Assembly (NCBI GenBank): GCA_964016885.1
Contig: OZ024754.1
Location: forward strand, 20,522,001-20,586,000
Source of the DNA: Eledone cirrhosa
Lineage: Eukaryota
Direction: 5' to 3'
DNA length: 64,000 nt
Shown: in pieces, positions 59,901-64,000 of the stretch
Numbering within the stretch: the stretch's first letter is position 1
Layout of the letters: each line of letters starts with the position of its first letter
Position numbers and translations under genes: made by a program
The notes under the pieces: generated by a model
Databases searched by the model: none
What the model saw: the letters and a program-made list of their open reading frames with translations, nothing else
Told to the model about the DNA's origin: nothing

Positions 59901-62900
59901 CCTTGGTATTAACATAGTCTCCCTCCCATATTAGCCTGGGTATTAATGTAGACTCCCTCCCATATTACTCTTGGTATTAACATAGGGACTCCCTCCCATA
60001 TTAGCCTGGGTATTAACATAGACTCCGTCCCATATTACCCTTGGTATTAACATAGACTCCCTCCCTTATTAGCCTTGGTATTAACAGACTCCCTCCCATA
60101 TTAACCTTGGTATTAACATAGGGACTACCTCCCATATTACCCTTGGTATTAACATAGGGACTACCTCCCATATTACCCTTGGTATTAACATAGACTCCCT
60201 CCCATTGTAGCATTGGTATTAACATAGGGACTCCCTCCCATATTACCCTTGGTATTAACATAGACTCCCTACCATATTACCATTGGTATTAACATCAGGA
60301 CTCCCTCCCATATTACCCTTGGTATTAACATAGACTACCTCCCATTTTAGCATTGGTATTAACATAGGGACTCCCTCCCATATTACCCTTGGTATTAACA
60401 TAGACTCCCTCCCATATTACCCTTGGTATTAACATAGACTCCCTCCCATGTTAGCCTTGGTATTAACATAGACTCCCTCCCATATTAGCCTTGGTATTAA
60501 CATAGACTCCCTCCCATATTAGCCTTGGTATTAACATAGACTCCCTCCCATATTAGCCTGGGTATTAACATGGACTCCCTCCCATATTAACCTTGGTATT
60601 AACATAGGGACTCCCTCCCGTATTAGCCTGGGTATTAACATAGACTCCCTCCCATATTAGACTTGGTATTAACATAGACTCCCTCCCATATTAGCCTTGG
60701 TATTAACATAGACTTCCTCCCATATTACCCTTGGTATTAACATAGGGACTCCCTCCCATATTAGCCTTGGTATTAACATAGAGACACCCTCCCAATATTA
60801 CCCTTGTTATTAACATAGACTCCCTCCCATATTACCCTTGGTATTAACATAGGGTCTCCCTCCCATATTACCCTGGGTATTAACATAGGGACTCCCTCCC
60901 ATATTACCCTTGGTATTAACATTGGGACTCCCTCACATATTAGACATGGTATTAACATAGACTCCCTCCCATATTACCCTTGGTATTAACATAGACTCCC
61001 TCCCATACTACCCTTGGTATTAACATAGACTCCTCCCATATTACCCTTGGTATTAACATAGACTCCCTCCCATATTACCCTTGGTATTAACATAGGGACT
61101 CCCTCCCATATTACCCTTGGTATTAACATCGGGACTCCCTCTCATATTACCCTTGGTATTAACATAGACTCCCTCCCATTGTAGCATTGGTATTAACATA
61201 GGGACTCCCTCCCATATTACCCTTGGTATTAACATAGACTCCCTCCCATATTACCCTTGGTATTAACATAGAGACTCCCTACCATATTACCATTGGTATT
61301 AACATCAGGACTCCCTCCCATATTACCCTTGGTATTAACATAGACTCCCTCCCATTTTAGCATTGGTATTAACATAGGGACTCCCTCCCATATTACCCTT
61401 GGTATTAACATAGACTCCCTCCCATATTACCCTTGGTATTAACATAGACTCCCTCCCATGTTAGCCTTGGTATTAACATAGACTCCCTCCCATATTACTC
61501 TAGGTATTAACATAGACTCCCTCCCATATTACCCTTGGTATTAACATAGACTACCTCCCATGTTAGCCTTGGTATTAACATAGACTCCCTCCCATGTTAC
61601 CCTTGGTATTAACATAGACTCCCTCCCATATTAGCCTGGGTATTAATGTAGACTCCCTCCCATATTACTCTTGGTATTAACATAGGGACTCCCTCCCATA
61701 TTAGCCTGGGTATTAACATAGACTCCCTCCCATATTAGCCTTGGTATTAACAGACTCCCTCCCATATAAACCTTGGTATTAACATAGGGACTGCCTCGCA
61801 TATTACACTTGGTATTAACATAGGGACTACCTCCCATATTACCCTTGGTATTAACATAGACTCCCTCCCATATTACCCTTGGTTTTAACATAGGGACTAC
61901 CTCCCATATTAGCCTTGGTATTAACATAGCGACACCCTCCCAATATTACCCTTGTTATTAACATAGACTCCCTCCCATATTACCCTTGGTATTTACATAG
62001 GGACTCCCTCCCATATTACGCTTGGTATTAACATCGGGACTCCCTCTCATATTACCCTTGGTATTAACATAGACTCCCTCCCATTGTAGCATTGGTATTA
62101 ACATAGGGACTCCCTCCCATATTACCCTTGGTATTAACATAGACTCCCTCCCATATTACCCTTGGTATTAACATAGAGACTCCCTACCATATTACCATTG
62201 GTATTAACATCAGGACTCCCTCCCATATTACCCTTGGTATTAACATAGACTCCCTCCCATTTTAGCATTGGTATTAACATAGGGACTCCCTTCCATATTA
62301 CCCTTGGTATTAACATAGACTCCCTCCCATATTACCCTTGGTATTAACATAGACTCCCTCCCATGTTAGCCTTGGTATTAACATAGACTCCCTCCCATAT
62401 TAGCCTTGGTATTAACATAGACTCCCTCCCATATTAGCGTTGGTATTAACATAGACTTCCTCCGATATTACCCTTGGTATTAACATAGGGACTCCCTCCC
62501 ATATTAGCCTTGGTATTAACATAGAGACACCCTCCCAATATTACCCTTGTTATTAACATAGACTCCCTCCCATATTACCCTTGGTATTAACATAGGGTCT
62601 CCCTCCCATATTACCCTGGGTATTAACATAGGGACTCCCTCCCATATTACCCTTGGTATTAACATAGGGACTCCCTCCCATATTAGACATGGTATTAACA
62701 TAGACTCCCTCCCATATTACCCTTGGTATTAACATAGACTCCCTCCCATATTAGACTTGGTATTAACATAGGGAATCCCTGCCATATTAGACTTGGTATT
62801 AACATAGACTCCCTCCCATATTACCCTTTGTATTAACATAGACTCCCTCCCATATTACCCTTGGTATTAACATAGACTCCTCCCATATTACCCTTGGTAT

Positions 62901-64000
62901 TAACATAGACTCCCTCCCATATTAGCCTTGGTATTAACATAGAGACTCCCCCCATATAACCCTTGGTATTAACATTGAGATTCCCTCGAATATAACCCTT
63001 GGTATTAACATAGGGACTCCCTCCTATACTACCCTTAGTATTAACATAGACTCCCTTCCATATTACCCTTGGTATTAACATAGGGACTCCCTCACATATT
63101 ACCCTTGGTATTAACATAGAGACGCCCTCCCACATTACCATTGGTATTAACATAGACTCCTCCCATATTACCCTTGGGATTAACATAGACTCCCTCCCAT
63201 ATTACCCATGGTATTAATATAGAGACTCCGCCCCGCATATTACCCTTTGTATTAACATAGACTCCCTCCCATATTACCCTTGGTATTAACTTAGGGACTC
63301 CCTCCCATATTACCCTTGGTGTTAACATAGACTCCCTCACATATTACCCTTGGTATTAACAAAGACTCCCTCACATATTACCCTTGGTGTTAACATAGAC
63401 TCCCTCCCATATTACCGTTGGTATTAACATAGGGACTCCCTCCCATATTAGCCTTGGTATTAACATAGACTCCCTCCCATATTACCCTTGATATTAACAT
63501 AGACTCCCTCCCATATTAGCCTTGGTACTAACATAGACTCCCTCCCATGTTAACCTTGGTACTAACATAGACTCCCTCCCATATTAGCCTTGGTATTAAC
63601 ATAGGGACTTCCTCCCATATTACCCTTGGTATTAACATAGACCCCCCCCCATATTACCCTTGGTATTAACATAGACTCCCTCCCATATTACCCTTGGTAT
63701 TAACATAGACTCCCTCACATATTACCCTTGGTGTTAACATAGACTCCCTCCCATATTACCGTTGGTATTAACATAGGGACTCCCTCCCATATTAGCCTTG
63801 GTATTAACATACGGACTCCCTCACATATTAGCCTTGGTATTAACATAGACTCCCTCCCAAATTAGCCTTGGTATTTACAGAGACTCCCTCCCATATTACC
63901 CTTGGTATTAACATAGACTCCCTCCCATATTAGCCTTGGTATTAACATAGACTCCCTCCCATATTGCCCTTGGCATTAATATAGACTCCCTCCCATATTA
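56900..64000. repeat. Array domain F: diverged ~4.5-4.75 kb duplication with internal sub-duplications (boundaries approximate)
   Basis: ORF pairs 57206/61958 (4752), 58006/62516 (4510), 58512/63092 (4580) and 61053/61958 (905). Markers: taacttaggg (58711/63291), catagcgacacc, 2-bp-deleted ttaacagactccc. Confidence 0.8.

Larger units (their letters stand above)
1..64000. repeat. Tandem satellite/minisatellite array, 34-bp monomer with 36-bp (+GG/+GA) variants, single orientation, truncated at both window edges
   Basis: Consensus GACTCCCTCCCATATTACCCTTGGTATTAACATA recurs continuously (e.g. 12 consecutive 34-bp units at 2174-2581). The 36-bp forms read cataGGgactccc or cataGAgactccc. I saw no non-repeat insertion or strand switch. 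Confidence 0.99.

Noticed and set aside
25-63340. All short minus-strand ORFs (MLIPRVIWEGV / YVNTKGNMGGS repeats), longest 131 aa at 44373-44768
   Set aside because: They are translations of the monomer. A 34-bp unit shifts frame by one until the TAA frame is reached, so ORF length simply tracks runs of 36-bp units or 1-bp indels. Overlapping frames are equally open and no domain is recognisable.
1-64000. CRISPR array (34-36 bp unit size, weak TACC-CTT-GGTA dyad)
   Set aside because: There are no unique spacers: units abut directly and the variable part has only a few recurring alleles. No leader or cas genes are present.
1-64000. TF or promoter-like motifs in every unit (TTACCCT Reb1-like, GTTAAT/TAAT, TATTAA, CCTCCC)
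   Set aside because: Short motifs are expected by chance in any 34-mer, and the host is unknown, so no regulatory call is supportable.
1-64000. Monomer as a dimer of 17-bp subunits, or 5 units as a nucleosome repeat
   Set aside because: Internal similarities (CATA twice, TATTA twice) are spaced 20/14 and 12/22 bp rather than 17. I saw no consistent 5-unit periodicity.
1-64000. Synthetic or rolling-circle/sequencing concatemer artefact
   Set aside because: Rare variants are inherited in nested, position-restricted blocks, which fits evolutionary accumulation rather than random error. Individual duplications could still be mis-assembled.

Overview
The whole 64-kb window is one uninterrupted, head-to-tail tandem satellite/minisatellite array that runs off both ends. 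The consensus monomer is GACTCCCTCCCATATTACCCTTGGTATTAACATA (34 bp; 11 C, 11 T, 9 A, 3 G; no CpG). It is interspersed with 36-bp variants carrying GG or GA after ...AACATA, giving roughly 1,800-1,900 units (estimated from length, not counted). I find no genes, RNA genes, transposons, CRISPR spacers or unique sequence. All ORFs in the track are translations of the repeat. The real structure is in the variant pattern. Variation is concentrated at two positions beside a well-conserved GGTATTAACATA box. The array divides into about six domains with their own diagnostic variants. It also contains kilobase-scale higher-order duplications (offsets 3165, 4308, 6810, ~1.8-2.1 kb, 1461, 4281, 2296, 522, ~2.3-2.5 kb, ~4.5-4.75 kb). 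I cannot name the satellite family or the organism. I see no support for a novel coding or defence system here; any functional ideas below are inference.
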